64,000 nt of DNA from Bacteroidales bacterium (GTDB lineage Bacteria; Bacteroidota; Bacteroidia; Bacteroidales; UBA932), in NCBI GenBank assembly GCA_016285455.1, contig JAEEQS010000008.1:4449-68448 (forward strand), written 5' to 3'. Every line of letters starts with the position of its first letter. Positions within the stretch are counted from its first letter, which is position 1. Below the pieces are notes generated by a model. That model saw only the letters and a program-made list of their open reading frames with translations, did not search any database and was not told where the DNA came from. This document shows, piece by piece, positions 1 through 10,094 of this stretch. The position numbers and the translations under genes were made by a program.

Positions 1-1
1 G

Positions 2-1144
2 GGTCTTCTGGGATTGCTCAATATGTTCTCCGGAGGAGCGTTCGGAAACGCTTCGATATTTGCGCTCGGTGTAATGCCTTACATCTCCGCATCTATCGTG
101 CTCCAGCTCCTCGGCATTATGGTTCCTTACTTCCAGAAGCTTCAGAAAGAAGGCGAGAGCGGAAGAAGAAAGATGAACCAGTGGACCCGTTACCTGACCA
201 TCGTGATTCTGGCAATCCAGGGCCCGGCTTATCTTCAGAACCTTCACGCCCAGCTTCCTAAGGAGGCGTTCCTGCTGCAGGGATTCTCCTTCAATCTGTT
301 TGCTACACTGGTGCTTATCGGAGGAACCATGTTCATTATGTGGCTCGGCGAAAGAATCACGGACCGCGGCATCGGCAACGGTATTTCACTGATCATTATG
401 ATCGGTATCGTGGCCAGATTGCCTCACGCCCTGATAGCTGAAATCGGAACCAGAATGAACGCCAGTGTCGGAGGTCCTCTGATGCTGATCGTTGAGTTCA
501 TTCTCCTGTTCATTGTCTTCGCTCTTACAATCGCTCTGGTTCAGGGTACCCGCAAGGTTCCTGTACAGTATGCAAAGAGGATCGTAGGCAATAAGCAGTA
601 TGGCGGCGTAAGACAGTACATCCCTCTGAAGATCAATGCTGCCAATGTTATGCCTATCATTTTCGCCCAAGCTCTTATGATGTTCCCGCTGATGTTCTCA
701 CGCTTTGAGGCCACTAGAGGATTTGCAGCCACGTTCTCAGACGTGAAGGGATTCTGGTACAATGCGGTATTCGCATTCCTGATTATCATCTTCACTTACT
801 TCTACACTACTGTCATCATCAATCCAACACAGATGGCAGAGGAAATGAAGAAGAACGGCGGTTTCATCCCTGGCGTAAAGCCTGGCAAGCAGACAGCCGA
901 GTACATAGACTCTATAATGTCCCGTATTACCCTGCCTGGTTCCATCTTCCTTGCAATCGTAGGTATCCTTCCTGCACTTGCAATGATAGTTGGAGTTAAC
1001 AACCAGTTTGCACAGTTCTACGGCGGCACATCCCTGCTGATTATGGTGGGAGTTGTGCTGGATACGCTGCAGCAGATAGAAAGCCATCTGCTGATGAGGC
1101 ATTATGACGGACTTACCAAGACCGGAAGGTTAAAGGGAAGATAG
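2..1144 (+). CDS. secY: Preprotein translocase subunit SecY (5-prime partial, N-terminus upstream of window)
   Basis: The frame is open from base 2; the track start at 14 is a TTG. The translation GLLGLLNMFSGGAFGNASIFALGVMPYISASIVLQLL and the multi-TM remainder fit SecY. It sits directly upstream of map-infA-rpmJ-rpsM. Confidence 0.95.
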   Translation, partial: GLLGLLNMFSGGAFGNASIFALGVMPYISASIVLQLLGIMVPYFQKLQKEGESGRRKMNQWTRYLTIVILAIQGPAYLQNLHAQLPKEAFLLQGFSFNLFATLVLIGGTMFIMWLGERITDRGIGNGISLIIMIGIVARLPHALIAEIGTRMNASVGGPLMLIVEFILLFIVFALTIALVQGTRKVPVQYAKRIVGNKQYGGVRQYIPLKINAANVMPIIFAQALMMFPLMFSRFEATRGFAATFSDVKGFWYNAVFAFLIIIFTYFYTTVIINPTQMAEEMKKNGGFIPGVKPGKQTAEYIDSIMSRITLPGSIFLAIVGILPALAMIVGVNNQFAQFYGGTSLLIMVGVVLDTLQQIESHLLMRHYDGLTKTGRLKGR

Positions 1145-1177
1145 CAGACAGTTATAAGTCGTTGAAGCCAATATAAG

Positions 1178-1951
1178 ATGATTCACTACAAGACATCGGA
1201 AGAGATTGAGATTCTCAGAGAGAACGCCATCCTGGTGTCCAAAACCCTGGCAGAGGTAGGCAAGCACGTAACTCCTGGTGTTACAACCAAGCAGCTCGAC
1301 AAGATTGCCGAAACCTTTATCCGAGATCACGGAGCGGTGCCAGGCTTTCTGGGGTACGGAGGTTTTCCGGCAACGCTCTGCCTGAGTGTCAACGATATGG
1401 TAGTGCACGGGATACCCGATGGCTATGTACTTCAGGAGGGTGATATCATCTCGGTGGATTGCGGTACCGTCTACAAGGGTTTCTATGGAGATTCAGCCTA
1501 CACTTTTCCTGTAGGAGAAGTGGATGAGGAGACAGCTCTCCTTCTCAAGACAACAGAGGAGAGTCTTCTTCTTGGCGCTGAGAAAGCCGTGGAAGGGAAC
1601 AGAACCGGAGACATTGGGCATGCCATTCAGTCATATTGCGAGGCCAGAGGCTTCTCTGTAGTAAGAGAGCTTGTGGGCCACGGGCTGGGAAGAGACATGC
1701 ACGAGGATCCGATGGTTCCCAACTACGGAAAACCCGGCAGCGGAAAGAAACTCCGCGAAGGAATGGTTATTTGCATAGAGCCTATGATAAACGCGGGAGC
1801 CAAGGAAGTTTACGAGAAGAAAGACGGTTGGGGAGTGGCTACCGCAGACGGAAAGAAATCTGCCCATTTTGAGTTTGCCGTTGCCGTAAGGAAAGGCAAG
1901 CCGGATATATTGACTACATTCGATTACATTAAAAAGATCAAGGAATACTGA
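1178..1951 (+). CDS. map: Type I methionine aminopeptidase
   Basis: The 257 aa product has the pita-bread fold metal ligand context ([18 protein letters not shown]-like [22 protein letters not shown]). Its position follows secY. Confidence 0.95.
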   Translation: MIHYKTSEEIEILRENAILVSKTLAEVGKHVTPGVTTKQLDKIAETFIRDHGAVPGFLGYGGFPATLCLSVNDMVVHGIPDGYVLQEGDIISVDCGTVYKGFYGDSAYTFPVGEVDEETALLLKTTEESLLLGAEKAVEGNRTGDIGHAIQSYCEARGFSVVRELVGHGLGRDMHEDPMVPNYGKPGSGKKLREGMVICIEPMINAGAKEVYEKKDGWGVATADGKKSAHFEFAVAVRKGKPDILTTFDYIKKIKEY

Positions 1952-1952
1952 T

Positions 1953-2171
1953 ATGGCAAAACAAGAAGCTATTGAAAGGGACGGCGTAATACTGGAAGCT
2001 CTGTCCAACGCAATGTTCAAAGTGGAACTGGACAATGGTCCGGTGATCTTGGCCCACATTTCAGGCAAGATGAGGATGCACTACATCAAGATTCTTCCTG
2101 GAGACAGGGTTAAGGTGGAGATGTCTCCTTACGACCTTACCAAAGGCCGTATATCCTTCAGATACAAATAA
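1953..2171 (+). CDS. infA: Translation initiation factor IF-1
   Basis: The 72 aa S1-like product ([29 protein letters not shown]...[35 protein letters not shown]) is a canonical IF-1. Confidence 0.97.
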   Translation: MAKQEAIERDGVILEALSNAMFKVELDNGPVILAHISGKMRMHYIKILPGDRVKVEMSPYDLTKGRISFRYK

Positions 2172-2214
2172 TGTAATCGGCTTATAAAGAATAAATCAAA
2201 AAAATCAAGATACA

Positions 2215-2331
2215 ATGAAAGTCAAAGCTTCAGTAAAAAAGCGCAGCGAAGATTGCAAGATCGTAAGACGCAAGGGTCGCGTTTACATCATCTGCAAGAA
2301 GAACCCTAAGTTCAAGATGCGTCAGGGATAA
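2215..2331 (+). CDS. rpmJ: 50S ribosomal protein L36 (38 aa, below ORF-track cutoff)
   Basis: Hand translation from the ATG at 2215 gives [38 protein letters not shown] with a TAA at 2329-2331. It lies between infA and rpsM as expected. Confidence 0.93.
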   Translation: MKVKASVKKRSEDCKIVRRKGRVYIICKKNPKFKMRQG

Positions 2332-2394
2332 GATTTCCCTGTAAAGGATTGTAAAACAGATAAAAATTTATCAAATCAAACCAATCAATAGAAT

Positions 2395-2772
2395 ATGGCA
2401 CGTATAGCCGGTGTAGATTTACCAAAAAACAAAAGGGGAGAGATAGGTCTTACCTATATCTTCGGAATTGGTCGCAGTTCTGCCCAAAAAATCCTTGATA
2501 AAAACAGCATAGACCGCAACATCAAGGTGCAGGATTGGACAGATGACCAGATTGCTGCAATAAGAAAGACGATTGCAGACGAGTATAAGATTGAGGGCGA
2601 GCTCCGTACCGCCACTCAGCTGAACATTAAGCGTCTTATGGATATCGGATGTTACAGAGGTATCCGTCATAGACTGGGTCTGCCTGTAAGAGGTCAGAGC
2701 ACTAAGAATAACGCCCGTACCCGCAAGGGCAAGAAGAAGACCGTTGCCAACAAGAAGAAGGCAACCAAATAA
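2395..2772 (+). CDS. rpsM: 30S ribosomal protein S13
   Basis: The start [14 protein letters not shown]... and the basic C-terminus fit S13, as does the conserved cluster order. Confidence 0.97.
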   Translation: MARIAGVDLPKNKRGEIGLTYIFGIGRSSAQKILDKNSIDRNIKVQDWTDDQIAAIRKTIADEYKIEGELRTATQLNIKRLMDIGCYRGIRHRLGLPVRGQSTKNNARTRKGKKKTVANKKKATK

Positions 2773-2788
2773 TGGGAGGACTTAGATT

Positions 2789-3178
2789 ATGGCAAAGAAA
2801 GTAGTATCAAACAGAAAGAGAGTTGTAAAGGTAGACGCTGTGGGTCAGGCCCATATCTCCTCTACGTTCAACAACGTTATAGTAACCTTGACCAATTCTA
2901 AGGGTCAGGTTATCAGCTGGTCCTCAGCCGGAAAGATGGGCTTCAGAGGATCCAAGAAGAACACTCCTTACGCAGCTCAGGTAGCTGCTGAAGATTGTGC
3001 AAAGGTTGCCGTTGACGCAGGTCTGCACAAGGTAAAGGCATTTGTAAAGGGTCCTGGCGCAGGCCGCGAGTCCGCCATCAGGGCCATTCATAACGCAGGT
3101 ATCGAAGTAACCGAGATCGTAGACGTTACTCCGCTTCCTCACAATGGTTGCCGTCCAAAGGGCCGCCGTAGAGTTTAA
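2789..3178 (+). CDS. rpsK: 30S ribosomal protein S11
   Basis: The 129 aa product contains [30 protein letters not shown] and the S11 C-terminus [13 protein letters not shown]. Confidence 0.97.
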   Translation: MAKKVVSNRKRVVKVDAVGQAHISSTFNNVIVTLTNSKGQVISWSSAGKMGFRGSKKNTPYAAQVAAEDCAKVAVDAGLHKVKAFVKGPGAGRESAIRAIHNAGIEVTEIVDVTPLPHNGCRPKGRRRV

Positions 3179-3198
3179 CTGATTAATCGTATAAGAAT

Positions 3199-3819
3199 AT
3201 GGCTAGATATACTGGACCAAAGACAAAGGTCGCCCGCAAGTTTGGCGAGCCTATTTACGGACCTGACAAGGCATATGAAAAGAGGGTAAGAGACAACAAG
3301 AACTACCCTTCCGGCCAGCACGGTGCCGCAAAGAAAAGAAAGAAAGTTTCTGAGTACGGTACTCAGTTGAAGGAGAAAGAGAAGGTTAAATACACCTACG
3401 GAGTTCTCGAGCGTCAATTCCGCAACCTCTATACAGAGGCTTCCAGAATGAAGGGAGTTAAGGGTGAGAACCTGATTATGCTCCTTGAATCAAGACTGGA
3501 CAACATCGTTTACAGACTTGGCATCGCTCCTACAAGAGCAGCTGCCCGCCAGCTGGTGAGCCACCGTCACATTGTCCTCAACGGCAATGTAATGGGCATT
3601 CCTTCAGCTCACGTTAAGCCAGGCGATATCGTCGGAGTAAGAGAGAGGTCAAAGAGCCTCGAGGTAGTGCAGGCTTCCCTTGCATCTTCCCCAGCTCATT
3701 ACTCCTGGCTCGAGTGGAATCCTGAGAAACTGGAAGGCAAGTTCCTCAACCTGCCAGACAGAACCGAGATTCCTGAGAACATCAACGAGCAGCTCATCGT
3801 CGAACTCTACTCTAAATAA
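3199..3819 (+). CDS. rpsD: 30S ribosomal protein S4
   Basis: The start [19 protein letters not shown]... and the S4 RNA-binding domain ([27 protein letters not shown]) fit S4. Confidence 0.97.
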   Translation: MARYTGPKTKVARKFGEPIYGPDKAYEKRVRDNKNYPSGQHGAAKKRKKVSEYGTQLKEKEKVKYTYGVLERQFRNLYTEASRMKGVKGENLIMLLESRLDNIVYRLGIAPTRAAARQLVSHRHIVLNGNVMGIPSAHVKPGDIVGVRERSKSLEVVQASLASSPAHYSWLEWNPEKLEGKFLNLPDRTEIPENINEQLIVELYSK

Positions 3820-3830
3820 AAACTGAAAAT

Positions 3831-4820
3831 ATGGCGATATTAGCATTTCAAAAACCCGAAAAGCTTCTGGTGCTTGAATCTACGGATACCGTAGGAAAGT
3901 TCGAATTCAAACCTCTCGAACCTAGATACGGCATTACCATAGGCAACGCGCTCAGAAGAGTTCTGCTCTCCTCCCTCGAAGGCTTTGCCATCACATCCGT
4001 GAAGATCGAGGGCGTAGACCACGAGTTTGCCACCATCCCTGGAGTAATCGAGGGAGTCATTGACATTATCCTCAACCTTAAGAAGGTGAGATTCAAGAGG
4101 ATGATTGAGACAGAAGAAGGCGAAGCCGTGACATTTACGATTGGGGGTAAGAAAGAGTTTACCGCCGATGATATATCCAAGAAGCTTTCCTCTTTCAAGG
4201 TTCTGAATCCTGAGCAGCATATCTGCTCTATGGAAGAGTCTGTCAAGCTGGTAATCACCCTTACCATTGGAAAGGGAAGGGGTTGGGTGCCTGCTGAGGA
4301 AAACAAGGTTGAGAACGCTCCTCTGGGAACTATAGCTATAGATTCCATCTTCACTCCAATAATCAACGTCAAATACGTGGTGGCTCCTTGCCGTATTGCG
4401 CAGAAGACAGATTATGAGAGTCTCTCCCTTGAAATCACCACAGACGGAAGCATCAATCCTAAGGATGCCCTTCTGGAGGCCGCAAAGATTCTGATATATC
4501 ACTTTATGCTCTTCTCCGAAGACAAGATCGAGATAGATGATCCTGGAAAGACTGAAGAGAACGCTCTCAACGAAGACGATATGAGAATGCGTCAGCTCCT
4601 GAACAATAAGCTCACCGATCAGGATTTGAGCGTCAGAGCTATCAACTGCCTCAAGGCAGCCGATATCGAGACTTTCGCAGACCTCGTATCACACCAGAAG
4701 AGCGAGCTTATGAAGTTCCGCAACTTCGGAAAGAAGTCTATGACCGAGATTGAGGCTCTGGTTGACAAGCACGGCCTGCACTTCGGAATGGACATCAGCA
4801 AGTATAACATCGAAAAATAG
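3831..4820 (+). CDS. rpoA: DNA-directed RNA polymerase subunit alpha
   Basis: The 329 aa product has an N-terminal assembly domain ([14 protein letters not shown]) and a C-terminal alpha-CTD ([20 protein letters not shown]). Confidence 0.97.
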   Translation: MAILAFQKPEKLLVLESTDTVGKFEFKPLEPRYGITIGNALRRVLLSSLEGFAITSVKIEGVDHEFATIPGVIEGVIDIILNLKKVRFKRMIETEEGEAVTFTIGGKKEFTADDISKKLSSFKVLNPEQHICSMEESVKLVITLTIGKGRGWVPAEENKVENAPLGTIAIDSIFTPIINVKYVVAPCRIAQKTDYESLSLEITTDGSINPKDALLEAAKILIYHFMLFSEDKIEIDDPGKTEENALNEDDMRMRQLLNNKLTDQDLSVRAINCLKAADIETFADLVSHQKSELMKFRNFGKKSMTEIEALVDKHGLHFGMDISKYNIEK

Positions 4821-4828
4821 ATTGAGAA

Positions 4829-5305
4829 ATGAGACACAATAAAGCAGTAAATCATCTTGGACGTCAGAGCGGTCACCGCAAGGCAATGCTCGCCAACATG
4901 GCTTCTTCACTTATCCTGAACAAGCATATCGAAACTACGCTTGCAAAGGCAAAGTCTCTGAGGGAATATGTTGAGCCGCTGATCACAAAGAGCAAGAACG
5001 ACACCACAGCCAACCGCCGTGTTGTTTTCAGCTACCTCAAGCAGAAAGAGGCAGTTACCGAGCTCTTCCGTACAGTTGCCCCTAAGGTTGCAGACCGTCC
5101 AGGCGGATACACCCGCATTCTGAAGACAGGCTTCCGTGCCGGCGATGCAGCCGATATGGCTTACATCGAGCTGGTTGATTTCTCCGCTGCTCCTGTAGAG
5201 AAGGAAGTTAAGGCTGAGAAGAAGACCACTACCAGAAGAAGCCGCGCCAAGAAAGCCGCTCCAAAGGCTGAAGAGCCTAAGGCAGAGGAACCAAAGGCAG
5301 AATAA
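4829..5305 (+). CDS. rplQ: 50S ribosomal protein L17 with Lys/Ala/Glu/Pro-rich C-terminal extension
   Basis: The start [29 protein letters not shown] fits L17. The tail carries a [14 protein letters not shown] repeat. Confidence 0.95.
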   Translation: MRHNKAVNHLGRQSGHRKAMLANMASSLILNKHIETTLAKAKSLREYVEPLITKSKNDTTANRRVVFSYLKQKEAVTELFRTVAPKVADRPGGYTRILKTGFRAGDAADMAYIELVDFSAAPVEKEVKAEKKTTTRRSRAKKAAPKAEEPKAEEPKAE

Positions 5306-5343
5306 GCCTCAGCGACCAAGAAGGTCATAAAACCTGACCTACG

Positions 5344-5376
5344 AAAAAAGCCGCAATCGAAAGGTTGCGGCTTTTT
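5344..5376. terminator. Bidirectional intrinsic terminator between convergent rplQ and an esterase gene
   Basis: The stem AGCCGCAA (5349-5356) pairs with TTGCGGCT (5365-5372). It is flanked by an A-tract on the left and a T-tract on the right. Confidence 0.6.
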
Positions 5377-5394
5377 GTTGTTTAAATCAAGAGT

Positions 5395-6252
5395 CTACTT
5401 GGCAAAGTTGCGGGAAGCAAACGGAAGGGCCATCCTTAGGGCCGTATGCCAGTATTCCCAGTTGTGCACTCCGTTGCGGATGCGGAGTTCAGCCTTTATT
5501 TTCTTGTCTCTCATCTTCTGGTAAAGCAGAACGGACAGATCCATCAAAAAGTCATCGTCTCCGCAGTCTATAAACCATTTCACGGTCCTGAGCTTTGCAA
5601 TTGTTGCATCATCTGCCTTTTCAACAAAGTTGATGGCGGAGTGCTCAGATACACTTTCGCAAACTATATAAAGCTTGTCTTTCTTCTGGTTGTTGCCTGC
5701 AACCTCGCCCATCTTGTTGTCTAGCCAGGCGCTCATTGCATAGCAGGAAGAGAACATATCGGGATGCCTTTGGGAATAGACTACACTTCCGCCTCCGCCC
5801 ATACTCAAGCCCATAATTGCGCGGTGCTCCTTGTCGCCGATTACTCTGTATTTCTTCTCGGCAGCCGGAAGCAATTCGTTGAAGAAGAAGTCCTCGTAAG
5901 GCCAGTCTACCACGTTGAAATAGCCATTCTGGTAGTTTCTCACATCGTAATCTCCGGCGTTAGGCATAATGATAACCATTTCATCGGCTTCACCTGAACT
6001 TATGAGCTCATCTGCCACAAGTTTCATATTTCCAGATTTATCCCAGTTAAAATAGCTTCCGTACAAGCCGTGAAGCAGATAAACCACAGGATATTGCTTT
6101 TCGGACTTTTCAAATCCGGTAGGAAGATATACATTGTATTTCTGCCAGCAATTCAGGTTTTTGCTGTAAATGCTGTCTGTTACCACCTTGCTCGCATTAG
6201 CGAATACAGAGAAGGCTAGCAGAACAATCAAAAAGAGAAAGTATTTTTTCAT
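5395..6252 (-). CDS. Secreted esterase family protein (alpha/beta hydrolase, putative-esterase/CE1-like), paralog 1
   Basis: It has a signal peptide (MKKYFLFLIVLLAFSVFANA), the nucleophile elbow GLSMGGGG, and downstream DCGDDD and HNWEYW motifs consistent with a Ser-Asp-His triad. Confidence 0.8.
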   Translation of the reverse strand: MKKYFLFLIVLLAFSVFANASKVVTDSIYSKNLNCWQKYNVYLPTGFEKSEKQYPVVYLLHGLYGSYFNWDKSGNMKLVADELISSGEADEMVIIMPNAGDYDVRNYQNGYFNVVDWPYEDFFFNELLPAAEKKYRVIGDKEHRAIMGLSMGGGGSVVYSQRHPDMFSSCYAMSAWLDNKMGEVAGNNQKKDKLYIVCESVSEHSAINFVEKADDATIAKLRTVKWFIDCGDDDFLMDLSVLLYQKMRDKKIKAELRIRNGVHNWEYWHTALRMALPFASRNFAK

Positions 6253-6285
6253 AATCGTGATAGTTTAAATCAAAGTTAGCACAAT

Positions 6286-7140
6286 TTATTTGCCAAAGCT
6301 CCGCGATGCAAACGGAAGGGCGAGCCTTAGAGCAGTGTGCCAGTATTCCCAGTTGTGACCGCTGTTTCTCACCCTGAATTCGGCCTTGATTTTCTTTGCC
6401 CTCATTTTTTGGTAGAAGGTAACGTTCTGATCCAGAAGATGATCCTCATCTCCGCAATCGATGAACCATTTAATGCTTCTGAGTTTTTCAACCGTTGCCG
6501 CGTCTGCATTCTCTACAAAGTCGAGCGCGGAATTCTCTCTCACACTGCGGTTGAGCGTATAGAGCATATCTCCCTTGTCGGCCTTTTCATCGTTCAGGCT
6601 CTTGGTATCCAGCCAGGCGCTCATAGCGTAGCAGGCGCAGAAATCCTCCGGATGCTTCTGGCAATAGACAACGCATCCTCCTCCGCCCATACTCAGGCCC
6701 ATAATCGCACGGTGATATTTATCTCCGAGAATCCTGTATTTGCTCTCCACTTCAGGCATGAATTCCTTGAAGAAAAAGTCTTCGTAATTCCATCCCGGAA
6801 TATTGAAATAACCGTTCTGCACCTTGTAGATGTCCCAATCTCCGGCATTAGGCATAACAATCACCATAGGGCAGGCCTCGCCACTTGAAATCAGCTCGTC
6901 CGCAACCAGTTTCATATTTCCCATCTTTGCCCAGTCTGAATATCCGCCGTACATTCCGTGGAGAAGGTAAACCACTGGATACTTCTGGTCAGACTTGTCA
7001 TATCCGTCCGGAAGGTAAACATTGTACTTGTGCGTAAAATTCAGCGTCTTGGAATAGATGCTGTCTGTAACGATCTTGCCGGCAAAGGCAGAAACGCCAA
7101 TGCCCAGCAGCATAATCATAGAGAGTAAAAACTTTTTCAT
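6286..7140 (-). CDS. Secreted esterase family protein, paralog 2 (tandem duplicate)
   Basis: By-eye alignment gives roughly two-thirds identity to 5395-6252 over the full length. It shares the GLSMGGGG, DCGDED and HNWEYWHTALR motifs and has a signal peptide. Confidence 0.8.
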   Translation of the reverse strand: MKKFLLSMIMLLGIGVSAFAGKIVTDSIYSKTLNFTHKYNVYLPDGYDKSDQKYPVVYLLHGMYGGYSDWAKMGNMKLVADELISSGEACPMVIVMPNAGDWDIYKVQNGYFNIPGWNYEDFFFKEFMPEVESKYRILGDKYHRAIMGLSMGGGGCVVYCQKHPEDFCACYAMSAWLDTKSLNDEKADKGDMLYTLNRSVRENSALDFVENADAATVEKLRSIKWFIDCGDEDHLLDQNVTFYQKMRAKKIKAEFRVRNSGHNWEYWHTALRLALPFASRSFGK

Positions 7141-7152
7141 ATCGGTTGGTTT

Positions 7153-8028
7153 TTATTTTATCTGGTGTTGAGATGCTTTGTAGTTTTTCAGTTCCTGCTG
7201 CATTTTTTCTTTGCAAATCTCAGCGATGAAAGCCTCTGAAAACTTTTCAAAGATATACTTTATTGCGGCATCTGAAGGATGAATCATATCTTCCGCATAC
7301 CATCGGTAGTCTCGGAGTTCATCCAGCATTATTTCATATGACGGAAAATACTCTGCCCCAGCATTGTCTATTGCCAGCAGCAAAGCGCTCTTTGACAGGT
7401 TGTTGCCGTGGGCTCCGTCTGCAAGGTGGCGGATAGGGCTAACTGTGAAAATGAAGCGTTTCTGCGGAAACATTGCACATATCTGGCTGATCAAGTTTTC
7501 AGCGTCTTCTGACGGAACAAATACTCTTTCAAAATCCTTTGCCGGCATTTTATGGCAGTTGGAAACCACGAACTCCGTTCCCTTTAGCTTGAACACATAA
7601 GAAGTTCCAAGGGTGATGATTACAGTATCTGCCTTAAGGAAGAATTCCGCTGCTGCCTTAAGGTCTTGGTTTGCTTTCTGGAGGAAATCTTCTGATGTAA
7701 AGCCTTCGCTTTCCTTAAGCGCGCATCTGGAATGATGGCTCCAGGTAACAAATCTTCCATCGGGGCGCAAGAACACGTCTTCTTTGGAAAACAGAGGATT
7801 ATCCTGGCTCCTTAAAAGACCGGAAACAGCTCCAAGCCTCATAAGAGAATTGTATACAGAACAGATGTTGTAGAGTGTGCCAAAGGGATTAACCATACAG
7901 TCAAAGCCGTACATCTTCAGCATCTGTCCCAACTGGTCTGCAAAGCAGCTTCCAAGAGTCAGTATCCTGGAAGAATAGTCTATCATCTTTTCCGGTTTCG
8001 GAATCTCTACGGGAGTCAGTATTTTCAT
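7153..8028 (-). CDS. GSCFA-domain protein (uncharacterised, SGNH-like)
   Basis: The N-terminal region contains the eponymous motif LGSCFADQLG. Its ATG overlaps the queG stop (ATGA at 8028-8025). Confidence 0.7.
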   Translation of the reverse strand: MKILTPVEIPKPEKMIDYSSRILTLGSCFADQLGQMLKMYGFDCMVNPFGTLYNICSVYNSLMRLGAVSGLLRSQDNPLFSKEDVFLRPDGRFVTWSHHSRCALKESEGFTSEDFLQKANQDLKAAAEFFLKADTVIITLGTSYVFKLKGTEFVVSNCHKMPAKDFERVFVPSEDAENLISQICAMFPQKRFIFTVSPIRHLADGAHGNNLSKSALLLAIDNAGAEYFPSYEIMLDELRDYRWYAEDMIHPSDAAIKYIFEKFSEAFIAEICKEKMQQELKNYKASQHQIK

Positions 8029-8984
8029 CGCGATATATTATGTTTTATTTTCTCAAGGCCGGCTCTAAAAAGGGGAGTTTCTTTGAACCTTTCTCTGAAA
8101 ACTTCTTCTGTCATTTCTTCCCAATTTTCTCTTGTCAGCCCTGCCAGAAACTCTCTGTTGGCAGAGAATTCCTTCCATCCAGTCTTGTTGAAACGGTTCC
8201 AGGGGCAGGCGTTCATGCAGTCATCGCAGCCGAAAACCCATTTCTCTGACTGTTCGTTTGTCCGCTCTTTGTCCGCCTCGCCCACCGGTTCTTCGATAGT
8301 CTTGTATGACAGGCATTTGGATGCGTCAACCTTGAGTGGCGCATAGAGCGCTTTCCGCTTGCAGGCATCTAGGCAACGGGTACATTGTCCGCATCCGTTT
8401 GGAACCGTTTTATCTGTATAAGGCAGTTCCGCCCTGGTCAGGATGACGGCTAGGAAATTCTTTATTCCCGCTTTTGGGCTAATCAGGAAATTGTTCTTGC
8501 CTATAAATCCCAGTCCGGCCCTTAAAGCCCAGGCTCTTTCCATTACGGGAGCCGAATCGGTGAACACTCTGCAGCTTTTCTTTTCTCCCGTATTTTCTTC
8601 AATTAAAGAAACAATCCGGTATAGTTTGTCCTTTATGATCTTGTGGTAGTCTTCTCCCAGAGCGTATTCAGAAAACTTGAGTCCGTCTTTTGTCTGGCAG
8701 AAGCCTTCCGCGCTTGAGAACGGGGCAAGGAAAACAATTACGCTTTTTGCTCCCGGAAGAAGAAGAGACGGATCCATCCTCTTGTCCACATTCCTGCTGA
8801 GGTATTCCATCTTGCCGAACTGTCCGTTTTTCTCCGCTTCCTGGTATCTCCTGGCCTCGGGGCTTCCGTCCAGAGGTACAATCCTGGCGCATCCGCAATC
8901 TGCAAAGCCCAGCTCCCGGGCCATCTTCTGGATGCCGTTCCACAATTCATCTGCCTTTGCAATTATCGCGGAGTTTTCATTCAT
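8025..8984 (-). CDS. queG: tRNA epoxyqueuosine(34) reductase
   Basis: It has two 4Fe-4S ferredoxin motifs (CGQCTRCLDAC and CDDCMNACPWN) and a QueG-like N-terminal cobalamin-domain context. Confidence 0.88.
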   Translation of the reverse strand: MNENSAIIAKADELWNGIQKMARELGFADCGCARIVPLDGSPEARRYQEAEKNGQFGKMEYLSRNVDKRMDPSLLLPGAKSVIVFLAPFSSAEGFCQTKDGLKFSEYALGEDYHKIIKDKLYRIVSLIEENTGEKKSCRVFTDSAPVMERAWALRAGLGFIGKNNFLISPKAGIKNFLAVILTRAELPYTDKTVPNGCGQCTRCLDACKRKALYAPLKVDASKCLSYKTIEEPVGEADKERTNEQSEKWVFGCDDCMNACPWNRFNKTGWKEFSANREFLAGLTRENWEEMTEEVFRERFKETPLFRAGLEKIKHNISR

Positions 8985-9055
8985 TCCAACAAATTTACGA
9001 AATAAAGCATAATAGCATTTCTCTAATTATTTAAGATAAGGACAAAGATTTTTAT

Positions 9056-9063
9056 TAATTTTG
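9056..9063 (+). promoter_or_regulatory. Candidate Bacteroidota -7 promoter box (TAATTTTG) for the tdh-like gene
   Basis: It matches the TAnnTTTG consensus and lies 53 nt upstream of the ATG at 9117. Confidence 0.4.
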
Positions 9064-9116
9064 TTCTGCAAAATCGGAAATTGCTTTAAGGTTTATAGAG
9101 AAAACAAGAAAGTCAT

Positions 9117-10079
9117 ATGAAAAAGATATTGGTTGTAGGCGCTGGCGGACAGATTGGAACGGAACTGGTTCCTCATCTTCAGAAAACATACGGAGCGGAT
9201 AACGTAATTGCCGCGGAAGTAAGGCCGGAAGTCGTAAAGAGACTTTCCGAAACCTGCACCGCCATACAGCTGGACGCTCTTGATTTTGAGGGGTATGGCG
9301 CGGCAATAAAAAAGTTTGGCATAGACGGGATTTACAACCTTGTGGCTCTGCTTTCCGCAAAGGGAGAGATGAATCCTGACCTTGCCTGGAAGATCAATAT
9401 GGGAGCCCTTCTTAACTCCCTCAACCTTGCGAGAGAATTCAAGTGCGCTCTCTTTACCCCTTCATCCATAGGCGCTTTCGGCAACAGCACCCCGCATTAC
9501 AAGACGCCTCAGGACACCATAATGAGGCCTGATACCATCTATGGAGTATGCAAGGTAAGCGGAGAGCTCCTCAGCGATTACTATCACAAGAGATTCGGCG
9601 TGGATACCCGTAGCGTGCGCTTCCCAGGAATCATTTCCAACGGATGCCTTCCTGGCGGCGGAACTACAGACTATGCAGTGGAAGTTTTCTACGAGGTTGT
9701 AAAGAACGGAAAATACACTTGCACCGTTCCAAAGGATGCCTATATGGATATGCTCTATATGCCTGACGCTCTGGAGGCTACAACCCAGCTGATGGAGGCT
9801 GACCCTTCTAAGCTTATCCACAGAAATTCCTTCAATATCGCATCTATGAGCTTCACTCCTGAAGAGCTCTTCATCGAGATAAAGAAGAGAATCCCAACTT
9901 TCACCTGGGACTATCAGATAGATCCTGTGAAAGCTGCAATCGCTGCAAGCTGGCCGGACGTTATGGATGACAGCTGCGCAAGAGAAGAATGGGGCTGGAA
10001 CCCGAAATGGGGCTTGCAGGAAATGATAGACGATATGCTTAAAGTCTGCAAGGCAAAAGTCGAGAGAGGGGAGTACTGA
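9117..10079 (+). CDS. tdh: NAD-dependent epimerase/dehydratase family protein, likely SDR-type L-threonine 3-dehydrogenase
   Basis: It has a Rossmann GAGGQIG motif, the catalytic YGVCK motif and PGGGTTDYAV, a motif I associate with UDP-Gal-epimerase-like threonine dehydrogenases. Confidence 0.7.
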   Translation: MKKILVVGAGGQIGTELVPHLQKTYGADNVIAAEVRPEVVKRLSETCTAIQLDALDFEGYGAAIKKFGIDGIYNLVALLSAKGEMNPDLAWKINMGALLNSLNLAREFKCALFTPSSIGAFGNSTPHYKTPQDTIMRPDTIYGVCKVSGELLSDYYHKRFGVDTRSVRFPGIISNGCLPGGGTTDYAVEVFYEVVKNGKYTCTVPKDAYMDMLYMPDALEATTQLMEADPSKLIHRNSFNIASMSFTPEELFIEIKKRIPTFTWDYQIDPVKAAIAASWPDVMDDSCAREEWGWNPKWGLQEMIDDMLKVCKAKVERGEY

Positions 10080-10094
10080 AAAAACTGATAAGCT

